From positions 50,249 through 114,248 of the forward strand of contig DATJUI010000015.1 of the NCBI GenBank assembly GCA_035502455.1: 64,000 nucleotides of DNA, given 5' to 3'. The notes under the pieces are model-generated. The model saw nothing but the letters and a program-made list of their open reading frames with translations, searched no databases and had not been told where the DNA came from. This document shows positions 53,459 to 62,626 of this stretch, in pieces; the stretch's first letter is position 1, and the number at the start of each line of letters is the position of its first letter. This stretch comes from Thermoplasmata archaeon. Lineage in GTDB: Archaea > Thermoplasmatota > Thermoplasmata > Lutacidiplasmatales > UBA184. A program made the position numbers and the translations under genes.

Positions 53459-54590
53459 CACGCGCCTCATCCACGCGCGCCAGCCCGCGGACGCGCTCAC
53501 GGGAGCGGTCAACCCGCCGATCTACCTCTCCTCGACCTTTCGGCAGCGGGCGCCGAACCGGAACCAGGGATACGTCTACTCGCGTTCGGGCAACCCGACC
53601 CGGACGGTGCTCGAGGGGATCCTCGCCGACCTCGAGTCGGGGGCCCGGGGCCTCGCCTTCGCGTCGGGACTCGGGGCGCTGACCACCGTCCTCGAAGCGT
53701 TCCCGTCCGGGAGCCGGATCGTCTCCGTCGACGACGTCTACGGCGGGACGTGGCGCCTCTTCGAGCACCACCGTACGCAGTTCGGGATCCGGGTCGACTA
53801 CGTCGACCTCACCGACGCCGCGGCGACGGACGAGGCGCTCGCCACCCCGGCCGATCTCGTCTGGATCGAGACGCCGACCAATCCGCTCCTCAAGGTCGTC
53901 GACCTGAAGCGCGTGGTCCGGCGGGCCCACGCCGCCGGCGGGCTCGTGGGGGTCGACAACACGTTCGCCACGCCGGCGCTCCAGCGTCCGATCGAGTACG
54001 GCGCCGATCTCGTGCTCCACTCGACGACGAAGTACCTCGGCGGCCATTCGGACATCATCGGCGGGGCTCTCGTGCTCGCCCGCCCGCGGGACGGCGAGCG
54101 GTTCGCCTGGCTGCAGAACGCGGTCGGCGCCGTGCCGAGCCCGGTCGACGCGTTCCTGGTCGTGCGGGGCCTCCACACGCTCGGCCTGCGGATGCGCGCC
54201 CACGGCGCGGCGGCCGCCGCCGTCGCGGCCGCCCTCGACGGCCACCGGGCGGTCCGCACCGTGCACTACCCCGGCCTCTCGAGCCATCCGCAGCACGCCC
54301 TCGCCCGGCGCCAGATGTCGGGGTACGGCGGCATGGTGAGCGTCGAGCTCGCCGGGGGCGGGCGGGCCGCGCGGGCGTTCCTGCGACGCCTGAAGATCTT
54401 CACGCTCGCCGAGAGCTTGGGCGGGGTCGAGTCGCTGGTCGACCACCCGGCCTCGATGACGCACGCGAGCGTCCCGCGCGCCGAGCGGGAGGCCCACGGG
54501 GTCACGGACGGGCTGGTCCGCCTCTCCTGCGGCATCGAGGACCCGGCCGATCTGGTCGACGACGTCACCGCCGCCCTCCGGGACCCGTAG
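53448..54590 (+). CDS. Cystathionine gamma-synthase/gamma-lyase (Cys/Met metabolism PLP-dependent enzyme)
   Basis: TRLIHAR...PPIYLSSTF, HSTTKYLGGHSD (PLP lysine). Overlaps the CBS gene by 11 nt. Confidence 0.9.
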   Translation: MRFDTRLIHARQPADALTGAVNPPIYLSSTFRQRAPNRNQGYVYSRSGNPTRTVLEGILADLESGARGLAFASGLGALTTVLEAFPSGSRIVSVDDVYGGTWRLFEHHRTQFGIRVDYVDLTDAAATDEALATPADLVWIETPTNPLLKVVDLKRVVRRAHAAGGLVGVDNTFATPALQRPIEYGADLVLHSTTKYLGGHSDIIGGALVLARPRDGERFAWLQNAVGAVPSPVDAFLVVRGLHTLGLRMRAHGAAAAAVAAALDGHRAVRTVHYPGLSSHPQHALARRQMSGYGGMVSVELAGGGRAARAFLRRLKIFTLAESLGGVESLVDHPASMTHASVPRAEREAHGVTDGLVRLSCGIEDPADLVDDVTAALRDP

Positions 54591-54591
54591 C

Positions 54592-56040
54592 ATGCACCGG
54601 TTCACCGTCTACGACACGATGGCCCGGGCGCCGCGGGCGTTCGCGCCCCTCGTCCCGCCGTACGTCCGGATGTACGTCTGCGGGCTCACCCCGTACGCGG
54701 AGGCCCACATCGGGCACGGCCGGTTCGCGGTCGTCTTCGACATCGTCGCCCGCGCCCTGCGGCACTGGGGGTACCGGGTGCTCTACGTCCAGAACATCAC
54801 CAACCTCGACGACAAGCTGATCGCCCGGGCCGCCGAGCACGACGACGAGCCGCTCGCGCTCGCGGACCGGAACGCCGCCGAGTGGTTCCGCCTGATGGAC
54901 CGGCTCGGGGTGCGGTCGGTCGACGTCTACCCGTTCGCGACCGACTTCGTGCCCGAGATCCTCGCCCAGACCGCGCGGCTCGTGGAGCGGGGGTTCGCGT
55001 ACGTCGCCCGCGACGGCTCGGTGTACTTCCGGGTCGCGAAGTTCCCGGCGTACGGCCGACTCTCGGGGCAGCGGGTCGAGGCGCTCCAGCCCGGCGCCCG
55101 CGTCGAGATCGACGCGCGCAAGGAGGCGCCGGAGGACTTCGTGATCTGGAAGGCGGCGACGCCGGGCGAACCGAGCTGGGAGAGCCCGTGGGGCCCCGGC
55201 CGGCCGGGCTGGCACATCGAGGACACGGCGATGACCCTGCGGCTGTTCGGGGACCAGTACGACCTGCACGGCGGCGGCCTCGACCTCCTGTTCCCCCACC
55301 ACGAGGCCGAGATCGCCCTCGCCGAGTCGACGACGGGCGTGTCGCCGCTGGTCCGCTACTGGGTGCACAACGGTCTCCTGACGATGAACGGCGAGAAGAT
55401 GTCGAAGTCGATCGGCAACGTCTCGTCGCTCGCGGGGGCGATCGAGACGTACGGCGCGATGGTCGTGCGGTTCTTCTACGCGAACGCCCACTACCGCAGC
55501 CCGCTCGAGTTCCGCCCCGAGACGAGCCTCACCGAGGCGCGCGAGGCGTACCGTCGGCTCGCGGGGCCGGCCGAGCGGATCGCGGAGCTGCGGGCCGCCG
55601 GCGGCGACGACCGCCCCGGCCGCGACCTCCCCCCGACGCTCGCGCTCGAGGCCGAGCGGACGGTCGAGTCGCTCGACGCCGCGCTCGCGGACGACTTCAA
55701 CACCCGCGAGGCGATCGCGCAGCTGTTCGGCTGGGGGCGGCGCCTCGCGGAGGAGCTGCCGCGGCTCGCCGAGTACTCGGGGGAGGCGCTCGCGGAGCTG
55801 GACGCCCCGTACGTCTGGGGGCGCGAGGTGCTCGGGCTGTTCGAACGGCCCGGGGGCGGACCGTCCGGCGCGCTCGCGCGCATCGTCCCGGTCCTGCTCG
55901 ACGCCCGCGCCCGGGCCCGGGCGCGGGGCGACTACGCGGAGGCGGACCGGATCCGCGACGAGCTCCGCGCCGCGGGCGTCGAGATCGAGGACGACGCTTC
56001 GGCGACGCGCTGGCGCCTCGTCGAAACGGGCGGCGGGTGA
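54592..56040 (+). CDS. cysS: Cysteinyl-tRNA synthetase
   Basis: HIGH motif (PYAEAHIGHGR), KMSKS, and zinc-binding Cys in MYVCG. Confidence 0.9.
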   Translation: MHRFTVYDTMARAPRAFAPLVPPYVRMYVCGLTPYAEAHIGHGRFAVVFDIVARALRHWGYRVLYVQNITNLDDKLIARAAEHDDEPLALADRNAAEWFRLMDRLGVRSVDVYPFATDFVPEILAQTARLVERGFAYVARDGSVYFRVAKFPAYGRLSGQRVEALQPGARVEIDARKEAPEDFVIWKAATPGEPSWESPWGPGRPGWHIEDTAMTLRLFGDQYDLHGGGLDLLFPHHEAEIALAESTTGVSPLVRYWVHNGLLTMNGEKMSKSIGNVSSLAGAIETYGAMVVRFFYANAHYRSPLEFRPETSLTEAREAYRRLAGPAERIAELRAAGGDDRPGRDLPPTLALEAERTVESLDAALADDFNTREAIAQLFGWGRRLAEELPRLAEYSGEALAELDAPYVWGREVLGLFERPGGGPSGALARIVPVLLDARARARARGDYAEADRIRDELRAAGVEIEDDASATRWRLVETGGG

Positions 56041-56041
56041 C

Positions 56042-57082
56042 GTGCGCGGCTTCGGGTTCGCGGAGCACGGCGGGCTCGACCGCCTCGCCTACGTGGAGGT
56101 GCCCGAGCCCGTGGCGGGTCCAGGCGAGGTGCGCGTGCGCGTGGGCGCCTCCGCCTTCAACCGGCTCGACCGGTTCACCCTCGCCGGGATCCCGGGCGTT
56201 CCCGTGGAGCGGCCGCACGTGCTGGGCTCCGACGGGGCCGGATCCGTCGATGCGGTCGGCGACGGGGTGACAGGCTGGTCGCCGGGCGACCGGGTGCTCC
56301 TCAATCCGGGACTCTGGGACGGCACCTGCGACGAGTGCCGCGCGGGGCGCGAGGCGCTCTGCCGCTCGTTCCGGATCGTCGGCGAGCACACCCAGGGGAC
56401 CGCGGCGCCGTACGTCGTCGTGCCGGCGCGCAACGTCCACCGGCTGCCCGCCGGCTGGAGCTTCGCCCAGGGCGCCGCCGTGCCGCTCGTGTTCCAGACC
56501 GCATGGCGGGCGCTCGCCTCCGTGGGCGAGGTCGCGGCCGGCGAGCGCGTCGCGATCGTCGGGGCCGGCGGGGGGGTCCCGACGGCCGCCGTCCAGGTGG
56601 CGAAGCTGCTCGGGGCGCGGGTCGTGGTCGCGGCGCGCGGAACGGCCAAGGAAGCGCGGGTGCGGGCGCTCGGCGCGGACGACTTCGTCACCTTCGACGA
56701 AGAGCATCCGCTCGATCGCGTGCTCTGGCAGTGGAGCGAGAAGCGCGGCGTCGACGTCATCTTCGACTCGGTCGGGACGCCGACGGTGCCGCGGTCGCTG
56801 AAGGCGATCGGGCGCGGGGGTCGGATCGTCGTGATCGGGGCGACGGCCGGGCCCGTCGCCGAGGTCGATCTCCGCACCCTGTTCTGGCGTCAGGCGTCGA
56901 TCCGGGGCAGCACGATGGCGAACGCCGCCGAGTTCGCGACGGTGCTCGGCCACCTCGCGGCCGGCCGGCTCCGACCGGTGATCGACACCGCGTTCCCGTT
57001 CGACCGCGCTGCGGAGGCGTTCCGCCGGTTCGACGCCCCCGAGCTGTTCGGCAAGATCGTGCTGGAGCTGCCGGCCCCGTAG
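56042..57082 (+). CDS. Zinc-type alcohol dehydrogenase / quinone oxidoreductase (MDR superfamily)
   Basis: PGEVRVRVGASAFNRLD, the cofactor site VAIVGAGGGVPTAAVQVAKLLGARVV. GTG start 2 nt after cysS. Confidence 0.8.
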   Translation: MRGFGFAEHGGLDRLAYVEVPEPVAGPGEVRVRVGASAFNRLDRFTLAGIPGVPVERPHVLGSDGAGSVDAVGDGVTGWSPGDRVLLNPGLWDGTCDECRAGREALCRSFRIVGEHTQGTAAPYVVVPARNVHRLPAGWSFAQGAAVPLVFQTAWRALASVGEVAAGERVAIVGAGGGVPTAAVQVAKLLGARVVVAARGTAKEARVRALGADDFVTFDEEHPLDRVLWQWSEKRGVDVIFDSVGTPTVPRSLKAIGRGGRIVVIGATAGPVAEVDLRTLFWRQASIRGSTMANAAEFATVLGHLAAGRLRPVIDTAFPFDRAAEAFRRFDAPELFGKIVLELPAP

Positions 57083-57130
57083 CGCACCGCCGGAGAATCG
57101 CCGCCGGCGGCGGCCCTTCGAAGAAGGTCA

Positions 57131-57140
57131 TTTTTAAATA
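57131..57140 (+). promoter_or_regulatory. Strong TATA box (TTTTTAAATA) upstream of the giant surface protein gene
   Basis: The longest pure-AT run in the window, 25-34 nt upstream of the ATG at 57165. Confidence 0.5.
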
Positions 57141-57164
57141 CAGGGACTCCGCCTTTCTTCGGTC

Positions 57165-60100
57165 GTGAACCGTTCTTTGGGCCAGCCCTCGTCGACCGGG
57201 GGACCGGTGCTCTGGGACCGTCGATCGACCCGAGGAGCCGTCGTGGCCCTCGTGATCCTGTGCGTCGTGATGGGCGGGATCGCCGGCGTCGCGACCGCGA
57301 CCCACGCGGCCCCCGCGGCCGCGCCGGCTCCGCGCGGCGCCTCGGCCGTGCCGCTCGCCCCGGCCGTCACGAACGGCGACCTCAACGTCACGGGCACGGC
57401 GCCCTACATCATCGGACCGTCCCAGGGGCACGGGACCTACTACCAGGGAGGGAACATCACCGTCCAGCCCGGCGCGACCCTCATCGTCCGCAACACGACG
57501 CTCTCCTTCGTCCAGTACATCGGCTCTCAGGGCTCGATCCCCGAGCGCCTTTCGCACATTTACCGGTTCGTCGACCTCGGGACCGTCGAGTTCTACAACT
57601 CCACCCTCACGACGTTCACGCAGGTCCTCAACCTCTCGGCGAAGCTGTTCGTCTCCGTCACGGGCACGTGGACGGCGTGGAACAGCTCCTTCGAGTTCCC
57701 GGGCTGGTTCAACGTGGCCGGGGCCGGCGCCGTCGCGACGTTCAACGACTCGGCCATCGAGGCGAACCCGGCGATCCCGTTGCTCCCCGAGCCGGCGACC
57801 CTCGTCGGCGACACGGAGTACGCCCCGGTCCTCAACGTCTCGGCCGAAGGCGAGCTCAACCTGTTCGGCAGCTCCTACACCCAGCTCTACGCCGACAACT
57901 GGACGACGAACGGCCAGCCGACGATCCAGCCGCTCGACTACGCGCCCGTTGGCGGCATTGCGATCCCCGTGGCGGGCGTGAACGTGTCGGGCGTGGCGCT
58001 CACCTCGCAGCTCGTCGCGAACTCGACGCAGCTCGCCGAGGACATGCTCTACCCCGCCCAGGCGAGCTCGCTCGTCCTGGCGGTCGACTACACGAGCTCC
58101 AGCGGGACCGCGCAGACCTCCACGATCTACGCCTGGTACGACGGGGCCCGCTACGAGGTCGGCGTCGCCACGTTCGCGGCGGGCACCTCGGCCCAGCTGA
58201 CGTTCCCGCTCGGCGAGGGCTCTGCCCTCGTGCAGGCGATGGCGCGCACGGGCGTGCCGTTCTACGCGCTCGACGACCTCCAGTTCGCCGCGCCGAGCGG
58301 CACCGGCGTCACCCTCAACTCGATCGACGCCACGATGACCCCCGCGCCGAACTTCAACATCACCGCCTACGACCCCGGCGCGACGATCAACGTCGTCGGC
58401 TCCACCCTCGGGCTCAACTGGACCCCGACGATCGCCCAGACGACGATCGCGCCGTGGGAGTCGAACAAGATGGTCGTCACCGACTCCGCGCGCGCCTACC
58501 TCGCCGCGATGTCCGTGCCGTCCGTGATCCCGCAGGTCTCCAGCACCTCGGCGGTCCTCACCACGGACAACGGCGCTGCCGCGTTCTACCGGTGGGCTCA
58601 GTTCAACCTCACGGGGAAGGGCGGGTACCTGCCGATCGACGGGGCGCAGGTCGTCGCCTACCCCGGTCTCAACGCGAGCCAGGGCGCGAACGCGACCGCG
58701 ACCGAGCTCAACGCGCTCGCGACGACGGTGCCGGCGATCTGGCACTATGTCGAGTACCTCGACGCCTCCGCCGGCGCCCCCGGGTACGGGGAGTCGGGCC
58801 GCTCGGGGATCGCGTCGCTCCTCCTCGCCGCCGGTTACCTCGTCGAGCCGACGCTGCCGAACGGCAACTACACGGGCAGCTACCACGTCGGCATCACGAT
58901 CCCGACGCCCACGCCGGCGACCTCCTGGTTCAACTGGACCGTGACCCCCTACCCCGCCGGCGTCGCGAACGGCACGGTCGGCTACGGCACGGCGGACTTC
59001 GCGCCGCCCCAGACGTTCCCGTCGTACTTCGCGTCGATCGGCGTCGCGACGAGCGCGGTGACGTCGAACGGCACCGCCCTCGTGAACAACACCGTCGACG
59101 ACTACCGCGTGCTCGGGATCAACCTCACGATCACGGCGACCGGGACCGCGGACATCTTCAACCTCACGGGGAACCTGAGCTACGGCGGGTCCCCGCCGAT
59201 CGGGATCGCGTCGTTCCCGTTCACGAACGTCACGCTCGCGCCGGGGGCCTCGACCTCGATCCTGTTCACCTGGCTCGTGAACACGAGCGTGACGGGGCTC
59301 CAGGGCTCGGTGAACCACGCGTTCGACGCGACGATCGTCTATAACGGCGGGAGCGCGAAGTACGGCGGCGGCAACGTCTCCCACACGACGCTCGTGAGCA
59401 TCTCGCCGTACGTCGCCCACCTCGCGCCGACGTTCGTCCTCACGGGCAACGGCACCCTGCTGCCGAACAACGACACCGTCCGGATCGGCCAGCGGCTGGG
59501 CGTCAACGTGACCCTCGCCTTCAGCGGGGCCGCGACCGTGACGAGCATCTACGCGGCCGTGTACTACGGCAACACCAACGCCACGACGAAGCCGCTCGGC
59601 ACGTACAACGCGACGCACCTCGCGCTCGACACGCCCGGCGCGACCGTCGCGTTCCAGGTCGACTGGGTCGTGAACGACACGACGGTCGGGCTGCAGACGA
59701 AGACGATCGCCACGAACCTCTACCTGACCCTCGTCTGGAACAACGCCCAGACCGCCGTCGGGGGCAACACCTCGCGGACCGCCGAGCCGATGAACGTCGC
59801 GCCGTCCCAGGTCCGGTTCGTCTCGTTCAACCCGCCGCCCACGACCCTCTCGCTCTCGGGTTCCTACGAGTCGAGCGGGTTCGTCCAGTACAACGGGTCG
59901 GAGTACGCGACGATCACCGTCTCGGCGACCCCCCTGAGCGGCGGGCCGTCGGTCGATGTCGCCTACGGCCTCGCGGGTCCGGACCCGCACGGCGGCCCGG
60001 TCGACTTCGTCGTCGGCTGGAGCACGCTGAGCGGCATCCTGTCGCCGGGGACGACGTACACGCTCACGGCGAACATCTCCTACAACGGGGTCTACCAGGA

Positions 60101-60926
60101 CTATGTCGTGCCGGGCCAGTACTCGGTACCGCCCTCGAGCTCGCCGACGACGGGCATCCTGTTCGAGAAGTTCCTCGGTCTTCCCCTCTGGATCTGGCTC
60201 GCCATCGCGGCCGCGATCGTGGTCGCGATCGTCGCGCTCCTGCTCGTCTCCCGCCGCTCGGCGGCCGGGCGGCTCGTCGAGTGCGGGGAGTGCGGCAACC
60301 TGATCCCCGAGGACGCGACGGTCTGCCCGAAGTGCGGGGCCGAGTTCGAATCGGACCTGATCCGCTGCAGTCGATGCGCCTCCACGATCCCCGCGAACTC
60401 GAAGTTCTGCCCCGAGTGCGCCGCGCAGCTGCTGGGCAAGGCCGGCGAGGGCGGCGAAGAGGCGGAGCGCCAGGGCTACGCGGACTTCACCGAGAAGTAC
60501 CGGGCCGAGGCGAAGCGGGAGCTCGGCGAGAACTACACCGAGGGCTCGTTCTGGGACTGGTGGAAGCGCCAGCCGTCGTACGTCTCCTACAGCCAGTGGA
60601 AGCTCCAGCAGGGCGGCACCTCCCGCGTGGGGATGAGCGCCCCGCCGAGCGGCACCGAGACGAACCCGGCCGCGGCCCCGGGCGCGACCCCGGCAGCCCC
60701 CTCGCCGCCCACCCTGCCGCCGAAGGGCGGCGCGGGCGGCGCGGCCGCCGCGCCGGCGGCCGGCCCGATGACGCCCCCGCCCGCCGCGCCCCCGAAGGCG
60801 GGGGCGCCGCCGCCCGCCGGTGCGGCCGCCCCGAGCGGCGGGGCGCTCAAGCCGTGCCCGAACTGCGGCAACGAGATCCCGCCCGAGTACCTCGTCTGTC
60901 CGTTCTGCGGATCGGTGACGCAGTAG
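57165..60926 (+). CDS. Giant (1253 aa) surface glycoprotein candidate with a C-terminal TM anchor and a cytoplasmic double zinc-ribbon tail
   Basis: Signal/anchor segment; ~1000 aa rich in N-x-S/T sequons and Thr/Ser/Asn/Gly/Val with beta-helix-like repeats (NITVQPGATLIVRNTTLSF); TM helix LWIWLAIAAAIVVAIVALLLV; cytoplasmic CGECGN...CPKCGA...CSRCAS...CPECAA; a Pro/Ala-rich segment; final CPNCGN...CPFCGS. Confidence 0.8.
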   Translation: MNRSLGQPSSTGGPVLWDRRSTRGAVVALVILCVVMGGIAGVATATHAAPAAAPAPRGASAVPLAPAVTNGDLNVTGTAPYIIGPSQGHGTYYQGGNITVQPGATLIVRNTTLSFVQYIGSQGSIPERLSHIYRFVDLGTVEFYNSTLTTFTQVLNLSAKLFVSVTGTWTAWNSSFEFPGWFNVAGAGAVATFNDSAIEANPAIPLLPEPATLVGDTEYAPVLNVSAEGELNLFGSSYTQLYADNWTTNGQPTIQPLDYAPVGGIAIPVAGVNVSGVALTSQLVANSTQLAEDMLYPAQASSLVLAVDYTSSSGTAQTSTIYAWYDGARYEVGVATFAAGTSAQLTFPLGEGSALVQAMARTGVPFYALDDLQFAAPSGTGVTLNSIDATMTPAPNFNITAYDPGATINVVGSTLGLNWTPTIAQTTIAPWESNKMVVTDSARAYLAAMSVPSVIPQVSSTSAVLTTDNGAAAFYRWAQFNLTGKGGYLPIDGAQVVAYPGLNASQGANATATELNALATTVPAIWHYVEYLDASAGAPGYGESGRSGIASLLLAAGYLVEPTLPNGNYTGSYHVGITIPTPTPATSWFNWTVTPYPAGVANGTVGYGTADFAPPQTFPSYFASIGVATSAVTSNGTALVNNTVDDYRVLGINLTITATGTADIFNLTGNLSYGGSPPIGIASFPFTNVTLAPGASTSILFTWLVNTSVTGLQGSVNHAFDATIVYNGGSAKYGGGNVSHTTLVSISPYVAHLAPTFVLTGNGTLLPNNDTVRIGQRLGVNVTLAFSGAATVTSIYAAVYYGNTNATTKPLGTYNATHLALDTPGATVAFQVDWVVNDTTVGLQTKTIATNLYLTLVWNNAQTAVGGNTSRTAEPMNVAPSQVRFVSFNPPPTTLSLSGSYESSGFVQYNGSEYATITVSATPLSGGPSVDVAYGLAGPDPHGGPVDFVVGWSTLSGILSPGTTYTLTANISYNGVYQDYVVPGQYSVPPSSSPTTGILFEKFLGLPLWIWLAIAAAIVVAIVALLLVSRRSAAGRLVECGECGNLIPEDATVCPKCGAEFESDLIRCSRCASTIPANSKFCPECAAQLLGKAGEGGEEAERQGYADFTEKYRAEAKRELGENYTEGSFWDWWKRQPSYVSYSQWKLQQGGTSRVGMSAPPSGTETNPAAAPGATPAAPSPPTLPPKGGAGGAAAAPAAGPMTPPPAAPPKAGAPPPAGAAAPSGGALKPCPNCGNEIPPEYLVCPFCGSVTQ

Positions 60927-60963
60927 GCGGCCCGCGGCCCCGGGACCCGCTCCTTCCGCGCAC

Positions 60964-60971
60964 CTTTATCC
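60964..60971 (+). promoter_or_regulatory. TATA box (CTTTATCC) upstream of ahcY
   Basis: 26-33 nt upstream of the ATG at 60997. Confidence 0.4.
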
Positions 60972-60996
60972 CGCGGCCGGCTTCCGCCGGACGCCG

Positions 60997-62229
60997 ATGC
61001 CGGGCGATCTCGAGCGGGGCCGCCAAAAGGTCGCCTGGGCCGAGGGGCACATGCCGGTCCTCGCCGGCATCCGTCGTCGGTTCGAGGCGGAGCGCCCGTT
61101 CGCCGGCCTCACGGTCTCGATGGTCCTCCACGTCGAGGCGAAGACCGCCGCGCTCGCGCTCGCCGTCCGCGCGGGCGGCGCCGACGTCCGCCTGGCCGCC
61201 GGCAACCCGCTCTCGACCGACGACGACGCCGTCGCTGCCCTGCGGGCGGCCGGCGTCGAGACCCTCGCGGAGAAAGGGGAGTCGCTCGCCGCGTACCGGG
61301 CCGGCATCGAGGCGATGCTCGCCGCCGACCCGGACGTGATCGTCGACGACGGCGCCGACCTGGTCGCCCTCGTCCACACGCGTCGGCACGACCGCGGCAA
61401 GATCCGGGGATCGACGGAGGAGACGACCACGGGCGTGACCCGGTTGAAGGCGCTCGAGCGCGAGGGCCGCCTGCTCTTCCCGGCGATCGACGTCAACGAC
61501 GCCCGGATGAAGCACCTGTTCGACAACCGCTACGGGACGGGCCAGTCGACGCTGGACGGGATCCTCGCGGCGACGAACCTGCTCGTGGCCGGCCGGACCT
61601 GCGTCGTCGCGGGGTACGGCTGGTGCGGCAAGGGGGTCGCCTCGCGCCTCCGCGGCCTCGGGGCCGACGTCGTGGTGACCGAGATCCAGCCGATCCCCGC
61701 GTTCGAGGCGCGCATGGACGGCTTTCGCGTGATGCCGATGCTCGACGCCGCCGCGATCGCCGACCTCATCGTGACCGTGACGGGGAGCGTGGACGTCGTC
61801 CGCGAGCCGCACCTGAGGGTCCTCAAGGACGGCTGCCTGCTCGCGAACGCCGGCCACTTCGACGTCGAGGTCTCGAAGCGCGACCTCGCCGGGCTCGCGG
61901 TCCAGCGCGCGATCGCGCGGCCAAACGTCGAGGAGTACCGGTTCGCCGACGGGCGGCGGGCGTACCTGCTCGGCGACGGCCGCCTCATCAACCTCGCCGC
62001 CGGCCAGGGCCACCCGGTCGAGATCATGGACCTCTCGTTCTCCCTGCAGGCGCTCAGCGCGGAGCACCTCGCGAAGCACGGACCGTCGATGGCCGCGAAG
62101 GTCCACGCCGTCCCGGACGCCCTCGACCTCGCGGTCGCGCGGGCCGCGATGCCGAGCCTGGGGGTCCGGCTCGACGAGCCGACCGAGGCGCAGCTGCGCT
62201 ACGCCGCGAGCTGGGAGGGAGGAACCTGA
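60997..62229 (+). CDS. ahcY: Adenosylhomocysteinase (S-adenosyl-L-homocysteine hydrolase)
   Basis: N-terminal KVAWAEGHMPVL, NAD-binding GYGWCGKGVA, HFDVE. Confidence 0.9.
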   Translation: MPGDLERGRQKVAWAEGHMPVLAGIRRRFEAERPFAGLTVSMVLHVEAKTAALALAVRAGGADVRLAAGNPLSTDDDAVAALRAAGVETLAEKGESLAAYRAGIEAMLAADPDVIVDDGADLVALVHTRRHDRGKIRGSTEETTTGVTRLKALEREGRLLFPAIDVNDARMKHLFDNRYGTGQSTLDGILAATNLLVAGRTCVVAGYGWCGKGVASRLRGLGADVVVTEIQPIPAFEARMDGFRVMPMLDAAAIADLIVTVTGSVDVVREPHLRVLKDGCLLANAGHFDVEVSKRDLAGLAVQRAIARPNVEEYRFADGRRAYLLGDGRLINLAAGQGHPVEIMDLSFSLQALSAEHLAKHGPSMAAKVHAVPDALDLAVARAAMPSLGVRLDEPTEAQLRYAASWEGGT

Positions 62230-62624
62230 TGGAGACGTCGAAGGCACCGGACGACCGGAAGTACACGAAGTCGCACGAGTGGGTCCAGCTGGACGGCGAC
62301 CGCGCGACGGTCGGGATCACCGACCACGCCCAGGGCGAGCTCACCGACATCGTGTTCGTCGACCTGCCCGCGCCCGGGAAGTCGTACGCCGCCGGGGCGA
62401 GCGTGCTCGTGCTCGAGTCGGTGAAGACGGTCGCCGACGTCTACGCGCCCGGCGAGGGAACGCTCGAGGCGGCGAACCCCGACCTCAAGTCGCACCCCGA
62501 GTACATCAACCAGGACCCGTACGGCAAGGGCTGGGTCTTTAGGCTCCGCCTCACGCAACCGATCGATCCGGCGACGCTGCTCGACGCGGCCGGCTACCTC
62601 GCGTTCGTCGCCGGCGGGGGTTAG
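62229..62624 (+). CDS. gcvH: Glycine cleavage system H protein (lipoyl carrier)
   Basis: YTKSHEWVQLDGDRATVGITDHAQ and the lipoyl-lysine motif ESVKTV. The ATG overlaps the ahcY stop (TGATG). Confidence 0.85.
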   Translation: METSKAPDDRKYTKSHEWVQLDGDRATVGITDHAQGELTDIVFVDLPAPGKSYAAGASVLVLESVKTVADVYAPGEGTLEAANPDLKSHPEYINQDPYGKGWVFRLRLTQPIDPATLLDAAGYLAFVAGGG

Positions 62625-62626
62625 GG

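Noticed and set aside
56757-59990. 1077-aa minus ORF and 694-aa plus ORF (57260..59344) overlapping the giant surface-protein gene.
   Set aside because: The chosen frame (57165..60926) has signal peptide, sequons, TM helix and zinc ribbons. The alternatives are Arg/Asp/Gly-rich antisense or out-of-frame noise.
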